DNA of 63,619 nt, counting the filler, from Phoronis australis (Eukaryota; Animalia; Phoronida), in NCBI GenBank assembly GCA_002633005.1. It is 5 parts of 5 records of this genome, joined end to end, with 100 filler letters (N's around TTAATTAATTAA, not from the genome) between each part and the next. Parts side by side here need not be neighbours in the genome. Positions count along the whole stretch, not along the records: positions 24,305 to 29,479 come from NMRA01001839.1; positions 29,580 to 38,725 come from NMRA01001840.1; 3 more parts are not named here. One strand, 5' to 3'. Every line of letters begins with the position of its first letter. The stretch's first letter is position 1. The notes beneath the pieces are model-generated. The model ran no database searches. It saw only the letters and a program-made list of their open reading frames with translations, and was not told the DNA's origin. Position numbers and translations under genes: made by a program. Of the stretch, positions 24,990-38,200 are shown piece after piece.

Positions 24990-27170
24990 CAGGCCCGTAG
25001 CGGGGGGGGGGGGGTCGGGGNCCGATAGGATATAGATACACGAAAACAATATTTTGTTGCGGCTACTAGTACTACTAACCACAATCATAATCAAACTAAT
25101 ATCAATTTTGAATTTGCTTCTGATTCAAAGTACTTCACATAATCATTGGGCCTTACCCGGCTCGAGTGGTGTTTGCGTAGATGACAGGATCGTACAGACG
25201 GTTAGAGGAGGCTTTCTATGTTATTTATCGGCATCGAACGCGCGTGGTCGCTACACCATTAGGTAACAAGGGAGTCTAGAAGGAAATGTCTATGCCTAAC
25301 CAAGCTATATAGCGGCAAGAGAGCTCCCAAAAAGTAGTGCGTGTGAATGCCTTAAAATCGACCAAGAAACAAAACAGCGGAAAATGGGTTTGTTAACTGC
25401 TACTTTGGTGTACTTACTAGCAAATTTCGAATAGAAAGTGATTGCCAAATATGTTATTCACTAAGTGTCCACTTTGATTGTGGATTGACATGCATGCGTG
25501 TACACGAGTGAGCGTTTCCGTTATTTTAAATTCAGTACACGCTGACGGTAAGTTCACTGACAACTCCATCGTTTTCCAGAAACCAGACCAGTACCGTGTT
25601 TTCTTGCACCGAGAAATGTTCACATTATTAGGGAGAAGTAAGTTTAGACCTAATTAAAACTTTGATCAACGAAGTTAGTCTTCTCTTGCCAGTCAGTGTC
25701 AGTGGTGCACAGCCTCGAAGATTTCATAGGAGCAACATACTTGAAAACATTTAAATCGGTAAATAAAACAACAAGAATGGATCAACTGAAATTTGAAATT
25801 TTCGGATGTAATAACTTCCTTTGTCAACAAAAACAGAAAAAAATTCAGTTGATCCATTCTTGCTGTTTTATTTACCGATTTATATTCTTCATTTCATGAA
25901 ACAATAGTATCCTTGGGAGGATCTGGATCGCCTTATTTAGTTTCAGATATATTTTCTACGTTATTGAAAACATTTCTAAGGTTACATGTCACTTTTCCGA
26001 AGGTTCACTACTCCGAAAGTTCACTACCTTCGAAAGTTCATTACTTCAAATGTCCACAATTCCGAAACCAGAAATCCGACAGTTCATTACTCTGATTGTG
26101 TACTAACGAGTCTGAATTGACATGAATAACGTTTCGTATTTATGACCATTTAGTAACCATTTAAAGGGTGTGCAAGAGTTGAATAGTTCCCAAAACATTG
26201 TTTACATTGTTTACAAAAGAGCCCAGTTCCAATCACGGCCAATCTAACTAAGGACTCATTCTCAGTTAGGGACAACATCTGGAACACGGGTCCGGGCTGC
26301 GGTGGTTTTAATTTTAAGAAGACTGGATGAGACTTTCGTGAAGACTGGTAGGGGTAGGGTAGCCTACTAAGTACATTTAGTTTCGACCCCGCCGTGAGGC
26401 GAGTAGTTCCGCTGGGTGAGGTTGAGGCGCAGTGACCCTGAACTTTTCAGTCGCGCTGTGAAATGATGCGATCCTGACATGGATTAGTTGCATGTATCGT
26501 GGTTGATAATTCATCGACATTCCTACTTCGTATTCTTTTAGAAATGCAAGTACGAACTCATTTTCTGTATTCGTAAGACATGGGGGCAATTTCGCATGCG
26601 CATGAAATCCAAATAAAGTAATTTATTACCCGGGCGTTGTTTTTCGTATAGCTGCGTCTAATAACCGAGTCGTTTATTTTTGCCTGTAAAAGTATATCAA
26701 TTACACCGGAGTCCGAAATTTTGGATATTTTCGGAGTAGTGAACGTTCGGAGTAGTGAACCTTCGGAATAGTGGTCTGTTCCCATTTTCAGCGATGTAAG
26801 CAACTTACGTAACACGCAAAAATACAATAAGGTGAAAAATTTGCGTCAAGTCATTTCCGTCCGAGTATGTAATGAGTTGAAAGTTTGGCAGGAGGTATCG
26901 CGAGAATGTTCTATTTGTGGACCATATTGCACCCGAATTTGAGTCCCGTTCTTTACGAACAACCGTCTCGGCATCCTTACTTCTGGATTACAAATTCCTA
27001 CTTATCTCAGGAACACAGAGCTGAGAGCCATCGTTGCCGTGCATACAGATTTCCCATAATTAAGCTGTGCGGCCTTACTGAAAACTCTGGAGACGACGTT
27101 TGCAAAATATCAAATGTCCGCCTTTCAAGAAATTCGAACCAACCCCTGCGCAATGCTGGCTACGGGCCTG
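24990..27170. mobile_element. Non-autonomous TIR DNA transposon (2181 bp) with 5-bp TSD
   Basis: Perfect 12-bp TIR CAGGCCCGTAGC / GCTACGGGCCTG. CAAAA flanks both ends (24985-24989, 27171-27175). No transposase ORF inside. Confidence 0.7.
25980..26782. mobile_element. Nested MITE-like element with subterminal CCGAA(G/A)GTTCACTACT repeats
   Basis: Repeats TTCCGAAGGTTCACTACTCCGAAAGTTCACTAC at ~25995-26045 have inverted counterparts TTCGGAGTAGTGAACGTTCGGAGTAGTGAACCTTCGGAA at ~26730-26768. Ends are approximate. Confidence 0.6.
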
Positions 27171-27285
27171 CAAAAGCGTTTGCTCACGCTTATGACTATT
27201 CTTAGTTTGCACGAAACAGCAGTAGAAGCTGTACACAGACGCCCTTATTGTGGCGACCCTTAACCATCACAAAGATTATCACTAC

Positions 27286-29479
27286 CTCTGATGGTTCCTT
27301 TTTCTTTTTGGAGTCGTCTTTTGCTTTAGTGATAACCTTTTGGCAAAACAGATTCTCAATCTCCTCAAAGTCTACATCAACGGGACTCTCGACCACCTGC
27401 ACTTTCTTCCAAATGCTGTTACTTCCTAGAAAAGAACAAATTACCACGTGAGATGTTAGGAGACTCAGAGACAATGTCAGCATTTCCTTCAAAGTGCAGA
27501 ACATTTTCTCGACCATCATGAACACTCAGACAAAAGTACATTGAAATACTCCAGTAACAGATCCCAAGCTTGTGTTTCGTAGGCGCTCACGATGTGACCT
27601 TCAGTTGAAAATGCCTACTCACTGGGTACAGAAAATATTTCCATAACTTAGCCATTCCTTAGAGAGGTATTTATTGGTTTGAAATCACACTGGGTACATT
27701 CGGCCATTTTTGAAAGTTAATAGCATGTGTCGAGCACGACAGCGTATGGCGTCTCGTTATGATCATAGGCGCAAAAATAAAACAGCAAGAGCGCAGGGAA
27801 ATGTTGAGTTTATTAATTAACTCCGGCAATTAAAATTATATGGATGAAACAAGATTTAAATGTGTGCAGTTTTAGTGTNNNNNNNNNNNNNNNNNNNNNN
27901 NNNNNNNNNNNNNNNNNNNNNNNNNNNNNNNNNNNNNNNNNNNNNNNNNNNNNNNNNNNNNNNNNNNNNNNNNNNNNNNNNNNNNNNNNNNNNNNNNNNN
28001 NNNNNNNNNNNNNNNNNNNNNNNNNNNNNNNNNNNNNNNNNNNNNNNNNNNNNNNNNNNNNNNNNNNNNNNNNNNNNNNNNNNNNNNNNNNNNNNNNNNN
28101 NNNNNNNNNNNNNNNNNNNNNNNNNNNNNNNNNNNNNNNNNNNNNNNNNNNNNNNNNNNNNNNNNNNNNNNNNNNNNNNNNNNNNNNNNNNNNNNNNNNN
28201 NNNNNNNNNNNNNNNNNNNNNNNNNNNNNNNNNNNNNNNNNNNNNNNNNNNNNNNNNNNNNNNNNNNNNNNNNNNNNNNNNNNNNNNNNNNNNNNNNNNN
28301 NNNNNNNNNNNNNNNNNNNNNNNNNNNNNNNNNNNNNNNNNNNNNNNNNNNNNNNNNNNNNNNNNNNNNNNNNNNNNNNNNNNNNNNNNNNNNNNNNNNN
28401 NNNNNNNNNNNNNNNNNNNNNNNNNNNNNNNNNNNNNNNNNNNNNNNNNNNNNNNNNNNNNNNNNNNNNNNNNNNNNNNNNNNNNNNNNNNNNNNNNNNN
28501 NNNNNNNNNNNNNNNNNNNNNNNNNNNNNNNNNNTTTGCCTTTTTTTCTTGGATAATATTTCAAGAATCAAGGAAAATGCTTGATTTTTAGAGGAAAAAA
28601 CAGAAAAATTTCCTGGGCGGGAGGGGGGCAAACTCCCCTCCCGACCTCCCCCCATTCCGTGCTATATGCATCTACAATCGTGGTTTGCGCGAATGCTTAC
28701 ATCCGGACAAAATTTTGCCCCCCTTGTGATATCCTAGGTCCGCCACCACTGATGATAGTACATATCATTGCCACTAAAAGCGTCCCATTTTGAGCTAAAT
28801 TGCATGCCCGTGTACGTGTAGGCCTTGTCGTCAATACCAGGTGGCGAGACAGTCTCGTCCAGAAGTTGACTCGCCCTGAACTGCCAAACAACATGTGAAA
28901 ATCGAAAACATTTCGTGAGTAGGCATACAAATAGTTGGACAAAAAGACAGTTTACGAGAACGGGAAGCTGAAGAAGTTGCCACAACAGAAATGGTCGCTT
29001 TGCGTTTGCTTTTGATGCCCGATACTACAAGACAATGTCACATTTTGTCGGAAAATACTACGTGGTTACAAGAGAAGACAATGTGAACATATCTAATGTG
29101 TTATTGTTGGCTTACGAAGTAAATGGGACTTGCCCATCCAAAGATACAATGCCCAAAGGTCAACATCCAAACCACGGGAAATTTCTAGCGGAATCCGAAC
29201 GCCCACAGAGGGCAACCGGTTAACAACATAACGGCACTTACTCGAAATTGTGTTGTGGGGAACTTTCTGCCAGTTGATATGCTTCATCTTTTTTCTCGGC
29301 CTTGGCATCTTTCCTGTGCCGGCAGCAGCGTTGTAACTGGCATTTTGTTGGGGAACAATCCAACCTCCAGGTGGGGGCGGTGGCACAGGCATTCCAGGAA
29401 GAGGAGGCGGAGGGGGTGCCCCGCCGCCCATCATGGGAGGGGTCGGGGGCAGGGGTGGACCTCCACCCATCATCGGAGG
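27286..29479 (-). CDS. Formin, FH1 region and start of FH2 (INF2/inverted-formin-like), partial, 2 exons
   Basis: Exon 29242-29479 encodes poly-Pro FH1 then KMPRPRKKMKHINWQKVPHNTIS. A phase-1 GT-AG intron leads to exon 27286-27425, RSNSIWKKVQVVESPVDVDFEEIENLFCQK..KKKKEPSE. This is the FH2 lasso pattern (MK..NW.K..; S.W; DF..IE.LF), closest to INF2 as I recall it. The next FH2 exon was not found in this block. Confidence 0.85.
27879..28534. other. Scaffold gap (656 N) inside the formin intron
   Basis: Run of N without the TTAATTAATTAA linker. Confidence 0.97.
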
Positions 29480-29579
29480 NNNNNNNNNNNNNNNNNNNNN
29501 NNNNNNNNNNNNNNNNNNNNNNNTTAATTAATTAANNNNNNNNNNNNNNNNNNNNNNNNNNNNNNNNNNNNNNNNNNNN
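29480..29579. other. Artificial contig-joining spacer
   Basis: 44 N + TTAATTAATTAA + 44 N. Confidence 0.97.
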
Positions 29580-29985
29580 ATGAACAGAGAAACCCCGATA
29601 GCAGCATTTCCATGATGAGGAAAAATAGTCATGTGCCGTAAGTTGCTAAGCAGTGACACTTTTTTGTGTCATTTTCAAATTTACACTGAATTATTTGCAA
29701 TTAAATAAATGTAAAATTGTCTTTGCCATAAGTGGGTCATAAAGTTTGAAACCGATTGCAGTTGTGTGCGTCAGGTCAACATATTAAAACTGTCACTGAC
29801 ATCCCCACTTACTTGTCCAATAATACAGTGAACCATGTACCAAACTTTACTGTAAATTTCACTCGAAAATTGCCCAGAACGTGATTGGTCAGTTTTTGAG
29901 TGGAGACTCTAGTAAAATTTGATAATCTCACGTGGCTGTTGTATTTGTATACCTCTGTCTTGACTTTTGTTACTTTTTCCTACAG

Positions 29986-32900
29986 AGATGCGTCCGATGG
30001 TAATGATTCGTCAGTGGTAGCCAACAAAGGCTCCAGTCGTCCACTGTCCGCTAGCAGTACTTGGAGTGATGACAAGAAGGTCAGTTGGTAGTTTCAGATG
30101 TGGCCAATAGCCGGCACTGGCTGATCTAATCATAAACATCAGGATATTGCGTTCTGTATATGCAACATATTAGCCGTGGAGTGGTAGCGAAAAATCTTTG
30201 GTTATAGAATGGCAATGTGAATTCTATCCCATAATTTATGAATTATATCCCGTAATTCAACATTCCAACCTCACTGACCAATCATTTTAGTACTAAGTTA
30301 CGCTAGTAAAGTCTCTGTCATGCTGGAGAAACTCTTGCTTTTCCCTTACACGATTTTGCACGGTCTTACGTGACCTTGCTAGTCTCTCACAACAAACTAG
30401 GTCTATTGAACGCCACCCAGATTGGCTTTATAGTGATTTTTCATCAATTGGGTTACGTGACTTTTTAGTTAAGTGTAGCCAAAAAGAAACTGGTACATTT
30501 AATAGCTAATCAACAGTGTCAGTTACATGACCAAATTTCGTATGATATAAATGTTCAAGATAAAATCTCAAAAAATTTTTAATAGTAAGTAAAATAAAAA
30601 TATTTTGTTTTTGTTTCATGCAACTTTCGAGTTGTGTCATAAATGTCATAAAATGTTCTATTTTTAATAGTCCCTCATAGACATAGTGAAAACAATTTCT
30701 AACAGCGTTTTAGAAAACAGTGCATGAAACATAGTATCCAAGACTTTCAAATGAATCTGATTGGCCATTTGTGAGATGCGTCACTCCGATGTTACGGTAG
30801 CCTAATTTGTACATTCTCCTATGGTTTTACGTAACTTTAATTGAAAATCTTTCCTTTTTTAGGAGACCGAGGTGAAACCAGCTCGTAAGATTAGCTCCGT
30901 TAGTGAAGCGACCGACACTGAAACTGAGGCTGACGATACTACGCTGTCAGAGTCCGAAGATGCCGCTACTCCGGCTGAAATAGAGAAGAAGAAACGAGAG
31001 GAAGAAGAAAAAGAGGTATGCTTGACCTACTTTGTAGATGAGTTTGGTGCGAGGGGAGGGGTTGCGGGTTTTTTAGTCCTGTTTCACCAAAAATGAGAAC
31101 ACTATAATTTAGAATAAGCCTATGATGTTGATATTTCTTGAAATTATCTGCCTGCCGGTAGGATTTTTGACTTCAAAATAACTGGCAATGTTATATGCTC
31201 TTGTGTTTTTCAATTACTTTGCAATTTTTAATATTGCAAATTTTTCTTTGTAGTGAATGTGGTGATTCTTTCTCATGCCATTTTAAGTATGTGAAAGAAT
31301 ACAATTGTCACTAAATGCATTTCATTTCTTCAAGTCACAAAACACCCTTCTCTGCTTTGTGTGTACGGAACACCAGATTTTAAATTTGGCGTAGTTACCA
31401 ATATAAAATTAGCCATGTTCCTTACCAAGAATAGAAGTAATTTCTAGGCTATGGAAGAACTCAATAGTTTGTTTGTTCCGAAACTCTACCAAAAATTGAC
31501 CAAGAGTTTCAAGTATACTTTTAAAATTCACACGAGGTAATTGGTCTAATTTGGAGACGAATCTCAAGTGAATTTTAGTGTTCTCCTGTGGCGGCTAGGT
31601 GTATCTTGCCTTTAAGTATTATATTGTTCACAGTGATTGTTGACAAGAAGTTGCATGGCATATTGTTTTTACTGTACTCGCCTGTGGTAACACCCTTGTG
31701 AAACCTAATGACCAGTCCCACTTTCTACGATTGAGAGTTCCTTGAAAATGTCACGTGGGAATTGAGCTACTAAATGGTTCAAAATAGTCTTACATAGACA
31801 TATAACTGATGTTTTAGTTGAGTCCATTCATGTAGCTCCCTGGCTCTTAAGCCCTTGGACTGTTTGGATATGTGTCCATCATCGCGTTCTTAAAAATTCT
31901 TCTTCGACGGGGCCACGTTTTGATTTTTTAATTTAAGCCAGAGTGTTAACCCAGACGAGTGCAGTCGATGGAAGCTTTTAATGTGTGCACATAAAGAATA
32001 GCACATGACCTCTCAAAACATCTGTGATTGGTTGTTGTTTGCTGAAAATTGCCTTTATTCATTTCCTGTACTTGTCAGACTGATGGTAAGATTTAGAATT
32101 TGGTTATTAGTTTCTTACATTGTTGTGGATGGAAAGCTGTCATATTATTTGTTACAACGAAGCATGAGATCAATTTGGATGTGACGTTTGAGTGTTTCTT
32201 GGAAACCTTACTGGTTTCATTGGATTTGTTGTGTATCAATGCTTTTCAGCACATTTTGCATGATTGTTTTGAAAACGTATTGGATTTACTGTTTGCGTGA
32301 TTTGCTGCATGGTAATCCTTCTATTTATTCATACCCTCTAATAATTCACATTTATTAAATTTTCTGGTACACTGGTCGCATGTTCTTTGTTTCTTTAAAA
32401 TACTGCCACTCCTGTAAAGTCACATTATTGGGTGGGGAAAAAGTAAATTGTATAACATTGCATGGATTGTAAAAGAATTACCATGACAATGCTAAAACCA
32501 TTTTTGTAATTCCTTATGAGATTCTGAGAAGGCCAGATGTTGTCTGTATAATGTTGCAGAGTCATTTCATTGTCCATACCTTCTTGATTGATATTGTACA
32601 ACGTAAAATATACCGTCGTCAGCGTGTAACATATAAAAGGAAAAAGATGTATTGACCTGTATAAATAACTGCACTCTGCAAACGTCTCCTGCAGAATTTA
32701 AGAAGACTATTATGCCCGAAGCAGTGGGCTGCTGAATATATAATACACAACAAAAGTATAATCGATCAGAATACCATTTCCCGGTCATAACGTCTTATTC
32801 TGCAAATGGCAAAAATATGGGTTGTATCTGTTATGCTGACAAAATTCCAATTTCAGACTGGCTTAACCACCAGACTAACTTTCTTGTAAATTACCCTTCA

Positions 32901-33420
32901 TTGTCAGTCATCAGGGGAGACTACTCTGGTGATTGACTGGCTACTGCCCAGTTGCCATGGCGGGGAATCCTGCATCATTTCGTCTGAATATGTTTGGCCT
33001 TGTTTTGCTGTCTTACACTTAAAAGCTGTCTTTTTATTTATTTACAATTAGTTACTTTAGATTTGATCAAGATTTCACTTAAAACGAAGATGCAGAAATG
33101 AAATAAGCTAATAAAAATAAATAACATGTGACTGTATAATCTTTCAGTCTGACTTGAGTTATTTTCAATTAGGTTTTGATACAATGCAGCATCTTTTCGT
33201 TTTTTGTCTATTTTATGAGCTTGCTACCAATGACATGATTTTGAAGTAACTTTTGTTGACTAATGACTAAGCGGTCACCAGCAAGTAATTCATGGTATTT
33301 CTGTTTTTTCCTCAGGAAAAGAAGAAGGAATTTAAGCAGTTTGAAGAGCGTCGTCAAAGCATGGGACCAGGGGCCAGCTTTCTCGACGCCATTCGAGCGG
33401 AGTATGGCGACGACATTTAG
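29986..33420 (+). CDS. 3' end of an unidentified protein with an acidic, Ser/Thr-rich and charged tail (3 exons, 5'-partial)
   Basis: Exons 29986-30079, 30863-31015 and 33316-33420 have polypyrimidine-AG acceptors, GT donors and phase-0 joins. Translation: DASDGNDSSVVANKGSSRPLSASSTWSDDKK-ETEVKPARKISSVSEATDTETEADDTTLSESEDAATPAEIEKKKREEEEKE-EKKKEFKQFEERRQSMGPGASFLDAIRAEYGDDI*. Confidence 0.75.
32079..32085 (+). other. Candidate 7-nt alternative microexon (ACTGATG)
   Basis: Context CCTTTATTCATTTCCTGTACTTGTCAG|ACTGATG|GTAAGA, with TGCATG at 32257, 32306 and 32459 downstream. Confidence 0.5.
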
Positions 33421-34544
33421 GGAAACACCTAATTGTTGGTGCACAGTGATCAAATTTCAGAAGCAGGCGTAATACACGAGCAAAACATAAATAGTGACCC
33501 CTGTTGTTGGACTTGAACTTTTAAATTTACTAGGGCAGTGGCTGACATGGAATGCTACAAAAGTACTTAGTATGATTTAAATAGTCAGTGCAAATTTATA
33601 TATATTCTTATTTATTGTGATTTTTCTAAAACGATGGCTATGCTCTGACGTGTTGAGACTTCATAGAAGTGTGAAGTTTTACCTTTCTGGCACGAAAAAT
33701 TAATACATTTATCACTAAAGTGTCCATCTCCTCCTCAGCAGGTAATGCCATCTCTGAATTGTGTAATGGATGCATTGGTCATTGATTGTTTACTAAGCCA
33801 TAAATTAAGCATTCATTTCTGTACATAGTTTATCTTACGCGTTTTAGGCTGCGTATCACACTGTCTGATGATCATGTATCTGCATTCTCTGTCTTTTTTT
33901 CCAACGTCACCTTCCTGAAAGAGGTTGCACCCTATTGTCTAATTTGTCCAAGTGACTTTTCTTCATTTTTGAACTGTGCTATAGATAATTGAGGTAAAAA
34001 GTAACAGTCTTTTACATATCAAGTATTCATATTTATAACGAAGAAAATAGGAAATTATCAACGAATGCTATATAAGTCACATTGTGAAGAATCATTTGAT
34101 TTGGAATGCTAATGCATCATCGTAAAAAATTGATTTATCTCTTATCCAAAAGATGGCACTATGTATGTGCTATTAGGTATACCAGCTAATTTATCTCATC
34201 ATGTTCCCAAAGATAATCTCAAAAAATCACCCCTGATGCTAAATTATTTTCTTTTCAGTGTTTTAACTCATCGATTATTCATTGTCAAATATGAGACATG
34301 TTTGTATTCTTAGAAAATTATTTTCAAAATGTTGTTTATGTAACTTATTGCTACAGGATGGAACTACCAAATGTGATCAGAATAAACTCATTGCAAGTTT
34401 GCTTAACATTCACTGTGTATAAAGTTGTACCAGTTATTTATGGCTTTTAAAAATATTTGAATTAGAATCTGTAGTATCAATGCAATCAATTTGGGTTTGG
34501 CCCATTTTGATTGAATAGGTTTCTAAAGATCAACCATGACATAC

Positions 34545-34625
34545 AATAAATCTACACCGTGTAATGAGCCACTTGTAATATGTATTGAAATGTATTTTTG
34601 AAGTTGTGTTACTGATAACAATAAA
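34545..34625 (+). terminator. Candidate polyadenylation signals for the unidentified gene
   Basis: AATAAA at 34545 and 34620, followed by T/GT-rich sequence, about 1.2 kb after the stop at 33420. Confidence 0.4.
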
Positions 34626-36960
34626 GTATTCTATTTCTCTAATCTTTCTGTTCCCTGCTTTTTGTACGGGTCTTGCTGAGTTGTAAATCTAAGTCCAACC
34701 CTCCAATGCAAGTCATCTTCCTTTGTTGTTGTTGTTGTTGTTGGCTAAATTTCCAATCTAAATTTGGGGGTAATGTAAAAACCCATGCCATATTTGGCCT
34801 TGTGTAATTACTGCCCTGTGATTGGTCGAAACTGAATCACCACTGAGGTGAATGACAATGAAACACAATCCCGACTGAAATGTAAAATTTGCCCACGTGG
34901 GTGGAGGAGCATCATCCTGAATATAGAAAGTCCTGACTGTGTATTTGAATAAAGCATCCAGGCGTTCAACTAAGGGAGATGAGGACAAATGGTTCTCAAT
35001 TATAATTACAGATCGTGGGTTTCTGGAAGGGTTGGTATTGACTGGTCTCATTGTGGACAGTAAACCCTCTTGATGGGCGGCGCACCATAGGGGGCTGGGG
35101 GAGCTATAGTCCTCCCACTTTTTTCAGTGCTACATGCACATGGTCTATAGGCGGTGCAACACAGGCGGGCTGAGGGGCTTTAGCCCCCATTTTTTCAGTG
35201 CTGCCCCGCCCATGTCCTGTATATAATAGCCTGTACATGCATTATTTCTAGTGGTCTGCGAGTTAGGGACACACTTCATTCCTCCCGTAACAAGTAAAAT
35301 ATAAATTTCTCGTCAGAAGGACGGAATTACCGACACCGCGTGAATAGAATATATTTCTTGAGAAAAAATGCTGAGTCACTGAATCCAAAGTCGAGCGGCA
35401 AGGAAGTGTTATCGTGAACGTTTTTCTACTTTTAAAACCCATTTGTACTAAACCGACAATGGAAGACGTTGTACAAACGTCATATTCGTCTAGCAAAGGA
35501 CTACAAGTTTGCTGCATGGAGCCCTTTACAGTCTTATTACTGCATCGTTGCTTGGCCAGGACATGAGCCAGGTCCGAACGGAAAATCCCGTTGCTCATTC
35601 ATACGGTTGTCAACAGGCGCTATTCTTTCCAATCCGGTCCCACCTATCCCGATAAAAGACCATCCATTCGTGGCTACGATGACTAATAAATGTTTGAAGC
35701 TCTCCTGAAAAACAGTTGTTTACCCGCGAAACTCCTAATTCTTAGCCACCATAGTCCCGTCCCAGTTAACAACAAAACAACTTGTGTATTGTTCAAATCC
35801 AGGGTCCGACTTGTTATTGCTTGTAAATATAATTGGGATTGTCCTTATAAAATTCGAAATATGCATTCCTACTACGCGACCATAATCGATTTGTTTCTTG
35901 TTATCGGGACAGGAACGTAAGAGCTTATGTTTCAAATTGAAACTTCCGAAAGTCGGATATGTGTTGGTTTCTTTTAGACTGTGTCAAAATACCGATATTG
36001 GCGGTGTCCGGTTTTAACATTTCCAAACCGTCGGAGCAAATACAAAAGATATTTTTTACACAAAGAGGAGCATTCTGTATCGTTATCAAAAACAATAATT
36101 CAATTGTATTATACGTTAGTATGCTGACACATGAGCTCAAATTTGTTGTCATGTTTATCTTCGTATGTTCCGAAAGCCGTAACCGTTATCATTGCTGTAA
36201 AAACTAATATTTTTTTTACACTGCATAAGTATCAAATTTATTGTTGTTTGTTGTAATTGCTAATTAGCCCCAATGTCTTTGCTCAAACTTAACCTTTTTA
36301 ACTTCAATCAAACGAAATTCATTTATAGGCACAAATGTTTCACCATTCACTATACGCGACAATCAAAAATAAATGAAGGAATATTAAGTCATATGATTCT
36401 TTTACAATACGTTGGTGTGCTGATGGAAAGTGATATGCTCTTATGTTTTTAAGACAGAGTAGAGTGCTCAAATGAAAATGTGTTATTCTCTGTCAAATTC
36501 TGGAGTTTGGCACACCTCATCCTGGGATAGATAGTCACACACACAAATGAAGGATACATTTTCCATCTATGTGAAGGTCTTCAGTTGATTTACAACGGAT
36601 AAAATGCCATGTATACATAGCTACAGCACTACACACATATCAGACCACTAGTCCGAAAGCATAAATAAGTACGTTTCATCGCGTAATGCCGCTAAAACTA
36701 CAAAGACGTTAGTTGTCTCATAAACTCGTTTGAAAGTGGTGTATAACGGTTTGTCATGAAATTCCCAGCGTGACCACGGATTTACAAGGCAGTTGTTATA
36801 CAGCAAAATGTTTTAAATAAGTCTAGTTTGCCATCAAATATCCTTTTTAGAGGTAAAAATGTAATATATTTTCTAATATTGGCACGAATGCGATGGCGCT
36901 ACCGGCGTGATAAGGATTTGTTTAGTGACTTTGTACTCATGAGTCGATCGTAAACACGCC

Positions 36961-37350
36961 TTTACTTTTTTATTTTTTTTTCCATATTTTTATTTTGCTC
37001 TAGCATGATAATTACAAGTCAAATCAAATAATATACTATACATCGTTTACAAAAAATAACATTAAATCATTACTCAACAAGTACCGTATTTCCTTCAGGA
37101 TGTAATTTAATAAAGTTTATGAACAATTGGAAATTAAGATTTTTTTAACAAACTTTTGGCTAAATATGTAATTTTTGCTAGCATGATCAGCAAATTAATA
37201 TTACAATTCTCCGACTGAATGTTTCCCAAAAAACCAAAAAACACTGCTATCTTGTCCACATGAAAATTTACATATGTTTGTTTTAACCAGTCAGTAAACA
37301 GGAGCCAGAAAACGGAGACAAGACGACATTCCCAAAACAGATGGAGAAAA
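36961..37350 (-). mobile_element. 5'-truncated L1/Tx1-like LINE 3' fragment, copy b
   Basis: Colinear with 20900-21260. Encodes FLHLFWECRLVSVFWLLFTDWLKQTY..HVDKI..INLLIMLAK. A-rich tail on the minus strand at ~36961-36995. Confidence 0.85.
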
Positions 37351-37960
37351 ATTCTGTTTAGGCGTTGATGCATGGCTTAACGTGCATGTCAACCTAATGG
37401 ATAGTGTTCTTGTAGGTGATTATTATAGATGTTCCTTTCAGCATGATGCCCTGTGGTAGTGTTGTCTGCTTACCATCCATGTAACTTGGGTCACCATCTG
37501 CAGACCTGCACCTATACTGATGTAAGTTTTATTGAGTTTCAAAACCATGAGCTGTGTTATGACAATGTCATTGTCGTACAAAAATAACTGAAGGTGTTCA
37601 GGGATACCAATCCCTAGTTTCAGCCATTCACTCTAGTAAAGAGGACGACGGGGTTGCCGATGGCTACATCTACCATCAACAACCTGACTTCCAGCATCAG
37701 CACCTATGATTGACAGCTATCGATGGGCAAGGTAATATCTGGAGTGTGACAATATGCTGAGGAATGAATGTGATGATGATGACAACTGATTATGTGAGTG
37801 TGTCCATTTTGATTTTTTTTGCATAAGGCTGGAGGAAATGGGAATGTTGAACAGGACAGTGTGAACTTTTGAGAAGAATGGTTTAGTAAAGACCAGGGAA
37901 ATAACCTGGAGTATTGGGTCTTATTAATCTGATGAAGTCCTCCTCGTAAACAACGTAACT

Positions 37961-38200
37961 CACGATAGAATGTCAATCAAGATAAATAGGTAATCAGTTT
38001 TCCTTGTTAAAAGGATTAAAACTTTCCTGTCAAGTTTTTCACGACAGGATGTCATTCAAGTAGTTAACCGGATAAAGTCCTCCCCGTGAAAAGGGTAAAG
38101 TTTTCCTCTCTAGTTTCTCACGACAGAATGTCAATCAACGGGTAAAGTCTTCCCCCATGAAAAAGGGAATCTTTTTCTTTGGGTTTTCTCAACAGAGGGT
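37961..38200. repeat. Degenerate ~79-bp tandem repeat, ~3 copies
   Basis: CACGA(T/C)AG(A/G)ATGTCA(A/T)TCAA occurs at 37961, 38040 and 38119. Confidence 0.65.

Noticed and set aside
27813-28655. Long ORFs of 230-280 aa in the ORF track
   Set aside because: They are translations of the N gap.
30863-33420. Calling the unidentified gene protein phosphatase inhibitor-2
   Set aside because: Only a generic charged stretch matches; the KRK.HYNE signature is absent.
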